DNA of 63,790 bases, filler included, from Octopus bimaculoides (Eukaryota): assembly GCF_001194135.2 (NCBI RefSeq). It is 6 parts of 6 records of this genome, joined end to end, with 100 filler letters (N's around TTAATTAATTAA, not from the genome) between each part and the next. Parts side by side here need not be neighbours in the genome. Positions count along the whole stretch, not along the records: positions 20,639 to 45,391 come from NC_069006.1; positions 45,492 to 50,547 come from NC_068984.1; 4 more parts are not named here. One strand, written 5' to 3'. The first letter of the stretch is position 1; each line of letters starts with the position of its first letter. The position numbers were made by a program, and so were the translations under genes. The notes beneath the pieces were generated by a model. That model made no database searches, was not told where the DNA came from, and saw only the letters and a program-made list of their open reading frames with translations. This document shows, one piece after another, positions 37,893 to 50,265 of this stretch.

Positions 37893-38289
37893 AGTGTGTG
37901 GAGGCGCAATGGCCCAGTGGTTAGGGCAGCGGACTCGCGGTCATAGGATTGCAGTTTCGATTCCCAGACCGGGCGTTATGAGTGTTTATTGAGCGAAAAC
38001 ACCTAAAAAGCTCCACGAGGCTCCGGCAGGGGATGATGGTGGCGAACCCTGCTCTACTCTTTCACCCCAACTTTCTCTCACTCATACTTCCTGTTTCTGT
38101 TGTGCCTGTAATTCAAAGGCTCAGCCTTGTCACACTGTGTCACGCTGAATATCCCCGATAACTACGCTAAGGGTATACGTGTCTGTGGAGTGTTCAGCCA
38201 CTTGCACGTTAATTTCTCGAGCAGGCTGTTCCGTTGATCGGATCAACTGGAACCCTTGACGTCATAAGCGACGGAGTGCCAACAACAAC
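37893..38289 (+). mobile_element. Full-length tRNA(Arg)-like SINE, family D, (AAC)n tail
   Basis: Box A TGGCCCAGTGG and box B-like GTTTCGATTCC. The head aligns by eye to tRNA-Arg. Imperfect TSD ATAGGCGAA (37884-37892) / ATAGGTGAA (38290-38298). May correspond to the published octopus OR SINEs (not verified). Confidence 0.85.
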
Positions 38290-38695
38290 ATAGGTGAATG
38301 TACAGATTGGTGCGCTTACGCGAACACTATAGACTTCTCTACTCCCTTACTTTTACCCCCTCCTCTTACTTAGCGGTCTATAGCTCTTTTGTCTTAATAA
38401 TGGTCAACCACACAGTAATTTCCCTTTGTTTAATGGTCATNNNNNNNNNNTATAGCTCTTTTGTCTTAATAATGGTCAACCACACAGTAATTTCCCTTTG
38501 TTTAATGGTCATTTTTCACAGGAATTTCCAATGGCCGGATAACTGAAGAGATGTTGGCATGGGTTCCCACCCCGGCATCTGAAACTCCGAGTTTTATCAT
38601 GGCTACTGAATAAGTGTCACATATTATATTTACAGATAAATTCCTCTATTTACATAATATCGAGGTCTCTTTCTTTCTTTTGGTGTCCTTCCTAT

Positions 38696-38777
<82 letters not shown>

Positions 38778-39782
38778 GTGTGTGTGTATATATTTATATA
38801 TAAATATATAAAATGAGAGGTGTCTATTTATTTTTGAAATATTTGTGTGTGTGTGCATGTAATGAGTATCTGTATATGTGTATGTATTTATACATATGTA
38901 GATAAATAGTTATCTAGCTAGCTAGTTTGATGAATCATTATCATCGTTATTATTATCATCATCATCAACATTATTGTTTTTACATTCATCTCACCATACT
39001 CCTTATGCTGCCAGACAAGCACTAAGCAGTCACTTGTTTGTTTTGACTCCTCTACTTAGAATTTATCATTGAAAATGGGAAATTGCTTGTGAGTTAGATA
39101 AATAAAGAAATAAATAAATAAATAAATAAATAAAAAATTACATCACGCACTTCAGATATACCCTATCAACCAGCCTTGACCCTACTTCCTAACTTCTAAA
39201 ACACTTCAATCCTGTCTGTACATATTACCTCAGTTCTAGTTGAATATGTATTTTATTAAACAATGCAAACTACCCTGACATAATGTACAATCTTATCCTG
39301 GATTGTCCAATTTTATCAAAGGTTTAATTCTTCAAGCTAATCCTTTGATGATTGATGTAACTCCACATGAAGTTAAATAGACAATACGTAATAAAACACA
39401 CACCAATTTGTTTATTGAACTGAACGATATTTCAACAGTAAATCTCTTTTGTTAGGTTCAAAATGAGACACATGCAGAAATACAAAAATTAAAACTTTCA
39501 ACTGGACTATCCTGCATTCCTTCCTGGGCATAAAGACGTCATCAAATCTAAGTTGTACGTAACTGGCTAAAAAATGAAAATATAAAAAAGAGATAAGAAA
39601 AACTTTTTCTGTGAATCTGATGGAATTCTCCTGTCATTTTGTTCATTCCTCCAAGGTGTGACATTAACAGCTCACAAATATATTTAAATTCATGTGTTTT
39701 ATGTACGTTTGTATATGTGTGTATGTGTATATATCTATATATACATATTTATAGATATATGTCTGTGTGTGCATGCATATGT

Positions 39783-39855
<73 letters not shown>

Positions 39856-39909
39856 GATATAGATATATACACACACATATATATATATATATTTATATCT
39901 ATCTATATA

Positions 39910-40007
<98 letters not shown>

Positions 40008-40854
40008 TAGATATATACATGTGTGTGTACATTTATATATGCATGTGTGTGAACTGCATTGTGTGTGTGTGTGTGCTGCGTGCATGAGTGTGCATTTCAC
40101 TAATGACGTAAATTGAAAATAATGACATTGAGAAATTTCACAACGCTGCCTTTCTGCATGAAGAACATACAGCTATGTGCAGGCTGTCAAGCCTCAGGTG
40201 GTGAGCTGAAAATAACATTTAATCAATTGAAATTATAACCATAATGAGACGAAAAGTAATTAGCGTCAATATACCCACTGTCAATGCAAACAACACATTA
40301 CACACACATACACACAGTCATAGACATACATGTACAACAGACACGCATGCCAAGCCAGTTACACAAGCATACATACCTACAAAGCAAACAGTTGTTCACA
40401 GTCACACAGACACACACACGTGCGCGTTGTTATGGTGTAAATTAATTAGAGAAAGTCGTATGAATTCCTCAAAACGTTGTTTACAGATAAGATTGTTAAT
40501 GCCAGCCATAGGAGACGTCATTAGACTTATTTAACTAGCATTGATATGTTTGTGCTATCTTCCACCTCTCCCATATTGCCAGGCATCTCTACAAGTGGAA
40601 GCTTTGTGAATTTGATGGTGTCATCCTTTTCCCCACCCCTCATCCTCTCCACCTTCCCCAGTTAAAGAGATATTTTCTCTGCTATCTTTGCATTGGAAAC
40701 ATTGACTTTTTAAAGTCATTTCATAGATATGTCTTACACTGGCTTCTGTGTTTAGAGAGAGAGAGAGAAAGGCTCAAATATAGTCATTGTGTTGATGGAT
40801 ATATGCGTTGTGAAGATAGGCTCAGGTAGATACACACACACACATGCACACACA

Positions 40855-41129
40855 ATATATGTCGACTAGATTGATAGGCACTTTGTGTATGTTGAGTGGC
40901 TAGACAAACACAGTGTATATATGTTGACTGGATAGATAGACACTGTGTATGTATGTTGACTAGACAGGCATAGTGTTGACTGGATAGATAGGCATAGTGT
41001 GTAAATGTTGATTAGATAGCTATACATACATAGTGTGTAGATGTTGGCTGGATAGATAGGTACAATGTGTAGATGGTGACTAGATAGATGCAGTGTGCAT
41101 ATGTTGATAGGATAGACAGACAGTGTGTA

Positions 41130-41130
<1 letters not shown>
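40855..41130. repeat. Degenerate minisatellite, unit about 31-33 bp, about 8 copies
   Basis: Recurrent ATGTTGACTGGATAGATAGGCACAGTGTGT-like unit. Confidence 0.75.
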
Positions 41131-41169
<39 letters not shown>

Positions 41170-41172
<3 letters not shown>

Positions 41173-41496
41173 CATCATCGTACGTCCACTCTCCATGCTG
41201 GTATGGGTTAGATTGTTTGACTGGAGCTGATAAGCCAGAGAGCTGCACCAGGTTCCGGTCTGACTTGGCATGGTTTCTACAGCTGGGTGCCCTTCCTAAT
41301 GCCAACTGCCCTAGAAGTGTAGTGGGTGGTTTACGGACCACCAGCACAGGTGCCATTTACATGACACCGGCAACAACCATGACTATGATTTACAGGTACC
41401 ATTTACATGGCAATGACAACAACTACGATACATGTGTGCCATTTACACTACACCAGCAGTGACCATGACTACAATTCATGGGTGTCATTTATATTT

Positions 41497-41539
<43 letters not shown>

Positions 41540-41695
41540 TCATCATCATCATCATCATCGTTTAACGTCCGCTTTCCATGCTAGCATGGGTTGGACGATT
41601 TGACTGAGGACTGGTGAAACCGGATGGCAACACCAGGCTCCAATCTAATTTGGCAGAGTTTCTACAGCTGGATGCCCTTCCTAACGCCAACCACA
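41170..41695 (-). mobile_element. Two adjacent SINE family C copies (41170-41490 and truncated 41537-41695)
   Basis: Both begin on the plus strand with (CAT)n-CGT...CCATGCT and contain CTACAGCTGG(A/G)TGCCCTTCCTAA. Confidence 0.85.
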
Positions 41696-42264
41696 TATAT
41701 AAAAAGTATGAGGAGTTTAGTTCACTGGTGATCTAAATGAATAGGTACACTAAGTAAGTGCTATAACTGGTCATCCATTAGGTTCCAAGTTTACAGCTGA
41801 GGCTGAAGCTAGGGATCTTTATTAGGCTTCCGAATTAGCAGGTATATATTATATTAGAGGTAAAAGGAAAACAAAACTCAAGGCAGTTTTGGTTCCTGGA
41901 CTAGGTGGTGCATTGTGTAGTTGAGCAAGACAACTTATTTCACATTGCTTCAATTCACTCAGCTGGCAAAAATGAGTAATCAAGTGATCAACTGGCTTTC
42001 TATCCAAAGAGAAAATATGTGCACCATGAACATCAGCCCTATGAGTCTGTATGACCCAGGAAGGATCTAGTTAGTGTGTAGATACTAACTGGATATATAG
42101 GTACAGTGTATGTAATGCTTATTGGGCAGATAGCTAGAATTTGAATGTTTATATAGGAGGTCATGCTACTAAATGAATGTAAAACAGAGCAAATTAGATA
42201 ACTATTCATAATCTCTTAGTTGACTTCCCTTGTTTGTTGACAGCTTGTATATGAATGTCTAGAT

Positions 42265-42832
42265 CATGGTTCTCAACTGGGGTCCATATGACCCCTGGGA
42301 GTCCATATAAGATGTTCGGGATCCACACAAGCAAAATAGTAAATTGGGAGCCCACTGTTGTTTATTAAGGGTCCATGGAAAAGATTTCATTTAGACGTGC
42401 TTGTTGCAAGAAACAGCTGAATTCATTTCTCAAACATTTTACATAGTTCAAACTAAAAGTTAATGGATGAATAACAAAGCAGGAATTCTGAAAGAAGTAT
42501 CTATAAAACTAGTTTTTAAACATCAAATGACTATGGGGATCCACTAGAAAAAAGTAGTAATCAAAGGGGTCTTTAGATAAAAAAAATGGTTGAGAATCAG
42601 AAAAATTTGTTGTTTTAGATGTATGTATTGGTATGTATTGCAACACACAGCTAGGTTTCTTTCTGTAACATTTTATATAGGTTAGCCTGCACAAGTTAAT
42701 GTGTGAATAACAAAATAGGAATTTTGAAAGAAGTTTCTATAAAACTAGCTTTTAAACATTGAATGGCCACCAGAATAAAATAGTAATCAGAGGGGTCCAT
42801 AGATAAAAAAAAAAAAAGGTTGAGAACCACTG
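42265..42832. mobile_element. hAT-Charlie-type MITE with duplicated 3' end
   Basis: TIRs CATGGTTCTCAAC and GTTGAGAACCACTG. TSD GTCTAGAT / ATCTAGAT matches the Charlie NTCTAGAN target. 42470-42600 repeats at 42705-42832. Confidence 0.85.
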
Positions 42833-43760
42833 ATCTAGATATATCTAATTCTATTAACAGCAATTTGATAAACTATCTTGACTCGTTAATGAATCTGAAT
42901 CAACTAAAAAATATGTTCATCATGTCCTATGTATAATTTATGACCTTGGTGAATGTTATATACTCCTGCTTGTGTCCACTCTCAGCGTTCTGTTGATTTT
43001 GCCACTAATATTTCATTCTTCNNNNNNNNNNNNNNNNNNNNNNNNNNNNNNNNNNNNNNNNNNNNNNNNNNNNNNNNNNNNNNNNNNNNNNNNNNNNNNN
43101 NNNNNNNNNNNNNNNNNNNNNNNNNNNNNNNNNNNNNNNNNNNNNNNNNNNNNNNNNNNNNNNNNNNNNNNNNNNNNNNNNNNNNNNNNNNNNNNNNNNN
43201 NNNNNNNNNNNNNNNNNNNNNNNNNNNNNNNNNNNNNNNNNNNNNNNNNNNNNNNNNNNNNNNNNNNNNNNNNNNNNNNNNNNNNNNNNNNNNNNNNNNN
43301 NNNNNNNNNNNNNNNNNNNNNNNNNNNNNNNNNNNNNNNNNNNNNNNNNNNNNNNNNNNNNNNNNNNNNNNNNNNNNCCCCCCCCCCTCACTCCACTTTT
43401 CCTTGCAGCTCCACCTTCCTCAGCCATCTTCACTTATTTGTTTCTTGTTTTTATGGCCAATTGTCATTTACAAAAACAAAAACATTTTTTTTGTCTCTCT
43501 GGAATCTCTCCCTCATCATATTGCATTTTTCTTAGCTGCCATTTAGATAATTCTATTCCATTGTTGGTCCACCACCATTCAACACCACCAGCACTACCGC
43601 CACCTTCTCTCATTCTCTCATTCTCTCATTACTCCACTGCAAATTGACACTCCCATCACAAACTCCCTGAATGTCTTCTCAAATGTTATTTACTATTTGC
43701 TAGTTCTGACCTGTGCCTGTCTGCCTGGATGTATGTGTACATGCATATATGCATGTATGC

Positions 43761-43793
<33 letters not shown>

Positions 43794-44499
43794 TGTATGA
43801 ATTTATGTATGTGTACATGTATGTATATGTGTGTATGAATGTATGTGTGTATATATGTATATGTCTATATATGTATGTGCGTGAGTGTATGTGTGTATGA
43901 ATGTCTCTATGACTGCATGCACACATATATGTCTATGTAAGTGTGTCTGTATGTGAATGTCTCTGTATGTTTATAGACATGTAAGTATGCATGTATGTCT
44001 ATGTGTGTATATATATATGTTTACGTTTATGTCTGCTTGTTCAAATGTGTAGGTCCATGTTTGTGAGTATGTATATGCGTATAGTTGCATGTGTGTCTGT
44101 GTATCTGTGTGTGTGCATGTGTGAGTGTGTGTATGTAAGTGTGTGCATCTGTATTTGAGTGTGTGTATGATAGTATATTATTGTGTGTGTGTCTGATCAT
44201 CATATCCTTTTGTATATGTGTGACTTCATTGTACAATGTGGCCTTACAGTAGATTTGGCTGCTATTTCTAGCAGTTGGAGTGACCATCAAAAGGCTTGCA
44301 TCTGTTTCTGCAAATATGTGTTCATGCAAATTGCTATGTGGATGTGCATGTGAGTGTATGCATGTGCATATGTGTACATGTGTGTATTTGAGTCGCGTGT
44401 GTGTGAATGTGTGTATATACATTTTTCAACGCGTGTATATTGTTATTGTGTGTTTATATATTGATTCAAAGTTTTTAACACAAAGCCAACAAGTTCAAG

Positions 44500-44665
44500 G
44501 GAGGAGTTAAGTCCATTAAATTAACCCCATTTCTCAGCTGGTACTTATTTTATCAACCCCAAAAGGATAAAAGACAAAAGTGACTTCAGTGGAATTTGAA
44601 CTCAAGACCTTATGACAGACAAAACACCACTAAGCATGCTAACAATTCTGCCAGCTCGCCACCCT
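44500..44665 (-). mobile_element. SINE family B fragment
   Basis: CTGGTACTTATTTTATCAACCCC...GGAATTTGAACTCA...CTAAGCAT...TCTGCCAGCTCGCC. Confidence 0.75.
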
Positions 44666-45192
44666 CAGTTTGCTTGTATAATGATCTTACTGTGTGTATG
44701 ATCTGAATAAGATTTGACTGCTATTTCTACTAGGTCTAGCTATCATGTAATAACTGACATTATCTTAGCCATACCTGTAGAGATGACTGTGGTGGATGGT
44801 GATATGAGGAGTGAGGTGGGGTAGTATTTTTTTAGCAGAATTACTAATATACCAAGTATATCTAGGCTGGTAGTGTGCGCTTGTTGGTTGTGGTCTGCTG
44901 TGGGTAGGAAGGTTAGTCATGCATGAAGATATGGCAGTGTGTGTGTCACCAGAAATTAATTTGGCTGACTAAAGGTGGGACAGAAATGAGAGAGAGAGAG
45001 AAGGTTGTTTATGAAGACATAAAAGAGGAAGAGGGGTAAGAGGAGGTGACCGTGGAAATAAGATAGAGCCACACACACACACATGTAATATAATATAGGG
45101 AGTCTTAAAACTGTGTCCAATTGAGATCATCAAAGCAATTAGGACACAAAAACTCTCTGTGTAGGGCTAATTAAAAATCTAATAATCAACAA

Positions 45193-45351
45193 GTAGGTGT
45201 GGCTGTGTGGTAAGTAGCTTGCTTACGAACCACATGGTTCCGGGTTCAGTCCCACTGCGTGGCACCTTGGGCAAGTGTCTTCTACTATAGCCTTGGGCCG
45301 ACCTAAGCCTTGTGAGTGGATTTGGTAGACGGAAACTGAAAGAAGCCCATC

Positions 45352-45391
<40 letters not shown>
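45193..45391 (+). mobile_element. SINE family A head, well conserved, running into (TA)n and a gap
   Basis: TGGCTGTGTGG (box A-like), GGTTCAGTCCC (box B-like), GGCACCTTGGGCAAGTGTCTTCTACTATAG. Confidence 0.9.
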
Positions 45392-45757
45392 NNNNNNNNN
45401 NNNNNNNNNNNNNNNNNNNNNNNNNNNNNNNNNNNTTAATTAATTAANNNNNNNNNNNNNNNNNNNNNNNNNNNNNNNNNNNNNNNNNNNNTATTTATAT
45501 TTATATATTTGATCCTTTATATTGAACACTTAATATTTCATCTACATTCAATACTTTATTTCATGATGCCATCCATTTTTATTTTATTTTATATTATATA
45601 TTGTATATTCCATATTCTATATCCCACATTGGTTCTGCAGGAATATAAATAAAACATAAAAAACAGACAGTGTTGGAACTCTTTTAAACAAAATAATATA
45701 TTCCTCTATACACAATCATACAAAAAACCCCCCTTTTTGTATTTATTTTTACTCGCT

Positions 45758-45788
<31 letters not shown>

Positions 45789-45885
45789 ATATATACTTGA
45801 AATTTGTAGAAAACAAAAGACGACGATAGGTGTATTAACAACAAGCAAGTGTATTAGTTTGATACTCAGGAAAAATGAAAAAAGT

Positions 45886-45921
45886 CTTTTACGTTTCGAA
45901 TCTGCGCTCTTCAACAGAAAG
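45886..45921 (-). ncRNA. Minimal hammerhead-like variant
   Basis: CTTT-CTGTTGA-A-GAG(CGCAGA)TTC-GAAA-CG-TA^-AAAG. Stem I pairs over 4 bp and stem III is the palindrome ACGT, but the core differs from CUGANGA (A6U and an extra A). Confidence 0.35.
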
Positions 45922-46239
45922 GAAAAAGATTAAATGAACAAAGAGAGTGAATAAAAAAAAACTTGTAAATTTCAACGGCCCAATATGGCGAATATACGAA
46001 TATACATATACGCACAATATTCATACACTGGTCAAACCATCAGACCGTAGGGCGATTGATTAGTCACTGCTGACTAGCCTACGACTGATACACGAAACTT
46101 GTCTAGTCTAGTGATCCTAGACTCGTTCATGGGATGGTTATCTCCCCTGTCAATGCGCATTAAGAAGTTATAACTCTTATTTCTTGCAATATAGGTGCTT
46201 TGGCACATTCAGTTACTATTAATGATGATAAATGTTTTC

Positions 46240-46319
<80 letters not shown>

Positions 46320-46382
46320 ATACGCACTCGCGCACATAAACAAATACACAGACAAGCACATATCTGTAACGTATTTCCCCAG

Positions 46383-46439
46383 TCCATTGTTTCCTCTTCC
46401 TGGAAATTGTCAGTCTGGCTCGGATCCTCATGAAGAATG
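46383..46439 (+). CDS. Candidate coding exon of the unidentified gene (weakest)
   Basis: tttccccAG acceptor, open frame PLFPLPGNCQSGSDPHEEW, weak GTTTTA donor, phase 2-2. Confidence 0.2.
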
Positions 46440-47290
46440 GTTTTATGACTCATAAACGCATTCTTTTTCTCTTTCATTCTCTCATTTGAATTCTGTCACG
46501 TTCTACCTATCTCCTTTCCTAATAAGTATCTTTACTTATTTACGCTTTTACTTTTTTTTACACAGATGCTCTTCATTCATACACCTATCTTCATACCCTC
46601 TCCCATGTATATATATAAACATTTATCTAAATATACTGTTTTTGAGAGGGACCTCTGCCCTTCAAACTCCTTACTTCATTTCCTACATATGTCTATATAT
46701 ATTTTAAATGATAATGCTTTCTGTATTTTTGTAAATGTAAATGCTTCCTCAAGTGACATTGCGTTTGATTTTGAAGCTCCGCTGAACTCACAGGGTGATA
46801 AACAATCTCTCAGCTATGAGTGCATTGCATCTCATAGAAGAAACACCTGTAAACTAATGAAGTTTATAGCATAATTTCTTCTTCCGTTGTCATTTATTTA
46901 ATCTCTCTCTCTCTTTCTGTCTCTCTGTCTCACACACACACATGTATATATATGTGTGTGTGTATGCGTGTGTATATGTGTGTGCGTGGTGTGCATGAAC
47001 ATGTGAATGAGTATGTTTCTTTATGTTTCAAAATGGGACTTATCGTGTATAGTATAATACTTTACTGACATACACGCCCACTCACGCACACACATACGCA
47101 CACACATACACAGATATATGCGTATGTTTATATGGGTGTTTGTAAGAATGCTCAAGCGCATGAATGCCCGTATGTATAAGTTCACGCGAGATTTATCTGC
47201 TCCTATTCAGAATGACATACCAATTGTCTCCTTTCAGAGAGAAAGGACAAATGATTTTTCTTGATTCAACAATATACGATCTTTTCACAG

Positions 47291-47344
47291 GGTGTTTAGA
47301 AGGCAGTTAACGAGAAAATTTGAACACAATGTCTGCAACATAAC
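47291..47344 (+). CDS. Candidate coding exon of the unidentified gene
   Basis: cttttcacAG acceptor, GTAAAT donor, open frame VFRRQLTRKFEHNVCNIT, phase 2-2. Confidence 0.35.
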
Positions 47345-47799
47345 GTAAATGAGATTTGTAGTTCTGTCTTCCCTTTGGATTCTCTGAAGAATATTGATTA
47401 TGTCACATGATGGAGATATTTCTTTTTTTTTGGTGGGGAGTAGTGGACCTCGAAGATCACTTAAACAAGAATATGTAAATACTGTGTTCAAAAAACCCTC
47501 ACCATTTTGGATAGAATTACATTCTATTATTTATACCTTTAAGTGTGATTCGAGATTTACTATTCCAAAAATGAATTATTTTACGTTCTGTAAAATGTTT
47601 ATAAAATTCTGAAGACGTCAACAATATGGATAATTTACTTTTGCCCAGTTACTAAATTATGTGGAAACCAGATACCCGTGTGAGAAATATATACAGCTTG
47701 AAATTTTTATAAACGATATATATATATATATATCACGCGTGAGTGCGTACGTGTGTGTGTATATATATATGTGTGTGCGTGCGTGCGTGCGTGTGTGTG

Positions 47800-47830
<31 letters not shown>

Positions 47831-49149
47831 CTTTCACTAAACTGTAAAAGCAACATTTATCGCTAATATTATTAGATTTGCAAATTTTATTTCGAATAAG
47901 AAAAAATATAAATTCAAAATAGTTAGTGATTTTGGTAGTTCCATGAAATTCAATATTTGTGATTTTAAAAACAAGTCTAATTGATTGTGTTGATCGTATT
48001 GATTGTATTATTTGCACTAAGATCTGTAACTTTTCAGACGAAGGATAGAAATCAATAAGAATCATGCAATTTAGAAGTTTGAATGGAACTAGCATGTTTG
48101 AGAAAGTCTTTACCATTTACTATTTCTTTTTCCAATGACATAACTTACTTTAACACCATTTGAAGGAATTCTTGATACAATATGTTAATAGTATACTTTT
48201 ATTTACTTCGTTAAGATTTTTCGTATAGATTCATCTTATATATCTAGGAATATCCATTATTTTGAGAAACAATAAGATTAGAAGGAAATCAAATCAGAAA
48301 AAAAAGTCAATAACGTTTATGTCATTTCTAAAAATGATCGTGACTATATACTTCCCAATTTCGGGAGAGAAGACACGAAAACGACATCGGTTGCATAAAA
48401 AAAATTCGCTTTCATTAAATTGCAATACGTCTAGAAAGTCTACGTAAACAGTTTTTATGAAAAGTTCTTCATTAAATTTATTGCTTTTTGCCTAGATGTA
48501 TCAAGCACCGTGAACTGGATGGAAAATATTCAAAATTGATTCGATTTATTCAAAGTGGAAATATTTTTACAAAAATATCCGATATATTATTCATGCAATG
48601 AAATACTAAACATCCTAGCATGACTGTTGAATGGTTTGAATATCACTTATAATAACATTCAACATATAATTCTAAGTCCTTTAGGTAAAGCAGTTGTTAT
48701 CTGTTAAGATATATTTATTATATTAGTTATGTTATTTTAAGAGACTCCCTGTAGAGAAATAAAAGTTTTTCTCTAAAATGTTTAGGAAAATTGTACCGTA
48801 AATTCAAATACAATTATAATACAAAACATGTAGAACCATACGTCGGTCAAATATAATAATGTAATTATGTGAAATGATGTTTTCTCATCTATCAATTTTC
48901 CTCGAGAAATATCTTTTATTATTATATCACTTACAGAATCTGATGTACGTGATATTGTATTAACAAAATGCGACACATATAATACCCTTCATGGTGATAG
49001 TTAACCATGGATTTGAGAAACCGTTGCACTTATACGAAGGGGCTACAGCGAATTACGTTCTTGTATGAATATATAAAGCATGTGTTGCTTATATGCAAAG
49101 ATCTGTGTCAAGTACTGAGGTCTGAAAGAGCATAATTAATTCTGAAGCA

Positions 49150-49322
49150 ACTTTAATCCTAGTTTGCTTACCAGCCACACGGTTTCGGGTTCAGTCCAAC
49201 AGTATGGCACGTTGGACAAGTGTTTTCTCCTATAAAATCGAGCCGACCAAAGACCAATGCTTTGCGAATTAAATTGGTGGACAGAAACTGAAAGAAACCC
49301 GTCGTATATAGATATATGTATG

Positions 49323-49373
<51 letters not shown>

Positions 49374-49560
49374 NNNNNNNNNNNNNNNNNNNNNNAACTA
49401 GTGTTGGCTTGGTTGCAGCCCCGTAGCTTAACATTTCGGTTAAAGTAACTGATGGAATAAGTACCAGGCTTAAAAATTAAGTATTGGGGTTGATTCGTTT
49501 GACTAAGATTCCTCAAGGTGTTGCTCCAGCATGGCCGCAGTCTAATGATTGAAATAAAGA
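49150..49560 (+). mobile_element. SINE family A spanning a gap at its internal microsatellite
   Basis: Head at 49150-49305, (TA)n, N-gap at 49374-49396, tail ...GCTCCAGCATGGCCGCAGTCTAATGATTGAAA. Confidence 0.8.
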
Positions 49561-49580
49561 TGAAATTTACCCGAAAATTT

Positions 49581-49670
49581 GTTATTATTATAAGCAATAA
49601 CTTTATATTTTATTATTATAAGCAATAACTTTATATTTTATTATTATAAGCAATAACTTTATATTTTTAT
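49581..49670. repeat. 28-bp tandem repeat, 3 copies
   Basis: TTATTATAAGCAATAACTTTATATTTTA; AGC anchors at 49593, 49621 and 49649. Confidence 0.9.
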
Positions 49671-49805
49671 TGGATATAGAATGGAATTCGGTAGTGTTCT
49701 TGTCTTTCTCAAAGAAATTATCTAAGATAAAAAGAGAAATGGATACACCTGCGTATCGAATATGCAAGCCGGACTCAACGCATTAAAACATTTATTTCAC
49801 GGCAG

Positions 49806-49863
49806 TGTGATAACCAAATATATTGACTACCTACCCAAGAATGTAGACTTCTCATCGAAATCT
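49806..49863 (+). CDS. Candidate coding exon of the unidentified gene
   Basis: tttatttcacggcAG acceptor, GTGAGA donor, open frame VITKYIDYLPKNVDFSSKS, phase 2-0. Confidence 0.35.
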
Positions 49864-50076
49864 GTGAGAGTACTGTGGACATTATCCTTGTATCTTGAAA
49901 ACATTGTTAAATTGTCTAATCGGATACATTTAAAGAATTTCTCTTTATGCTGAATATCTAGCATCAGTCAGCTTAGTGTAATTCAGCTGACATCAAGCCA
50001 CACCTAGTGTAGTATTTGAAGTTAAAAAACTAACACTACAAACTACAGGATAATTGTATATTTCAATTTATTTCAG

Positions 50077-50265
50077 TTATTTCGCATTAAGCTTCGTGCT
50101 TATCGGAAATGTTTTCGAGTAATGGCAACCCAGAATGACGAGAGTGGTATCAAGGGAGATTATGACACTGTTTCTTTCGTTCCACGAAGAAAGTTTATGC
50201 GTCAATTAAGAAGAGACGTAATGGATCAAGCTGTGCAAGAAGCTGAATCTATGTTTGATTTCTGA
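50077..50265 (+). CDS. Candidate terminal coding exon, 62 aa, product unidentified
   Basis: tttcaatttatttcAG acceptor. Phase-0 frame LFRIKLRAYRKCFRVMATQNDESGIKGDYDTVSFVPRRKFMRQLRRDVMDQAVQEAESMFDF*. AATAAA at 50280 and 50295. Non-repetitive sequence. Confidence 0.5.
   Translation, partial: LFRIKLRAYRKCFRVMATQNDESGIKGDYDTVSFVPRRKFMRQLRRDVMDQAVQEAESMFDF

Noticed and set aside
37900-37978. tRNA gene
   Set aside because: The anticodon arm and acceptor stem are imperfect, and the sequence continues into a SINE body with a TSD. The same applies to the heads at ~21400, 37725 and 45193.
38379-38512. 62-bp exact direct repeat
   Set aside because: The copies flank a 10-N gap, which indicates unmerged overlapping contig ends rather than a real duplication or CRISPR-like repeat.
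46072-46108. Hammerhead-like GACTA...GAAACTTGTC^TAGTC
   Set aside because: Stem I pairs, but there is no CUGANGA in the correct position and stem II does not close.
49581-49670. CRISPR-like 28-bp repeats
   Set aside because: The units are head-to-tail with no spacers, there are no cas genes, and the context is eukaryotic.
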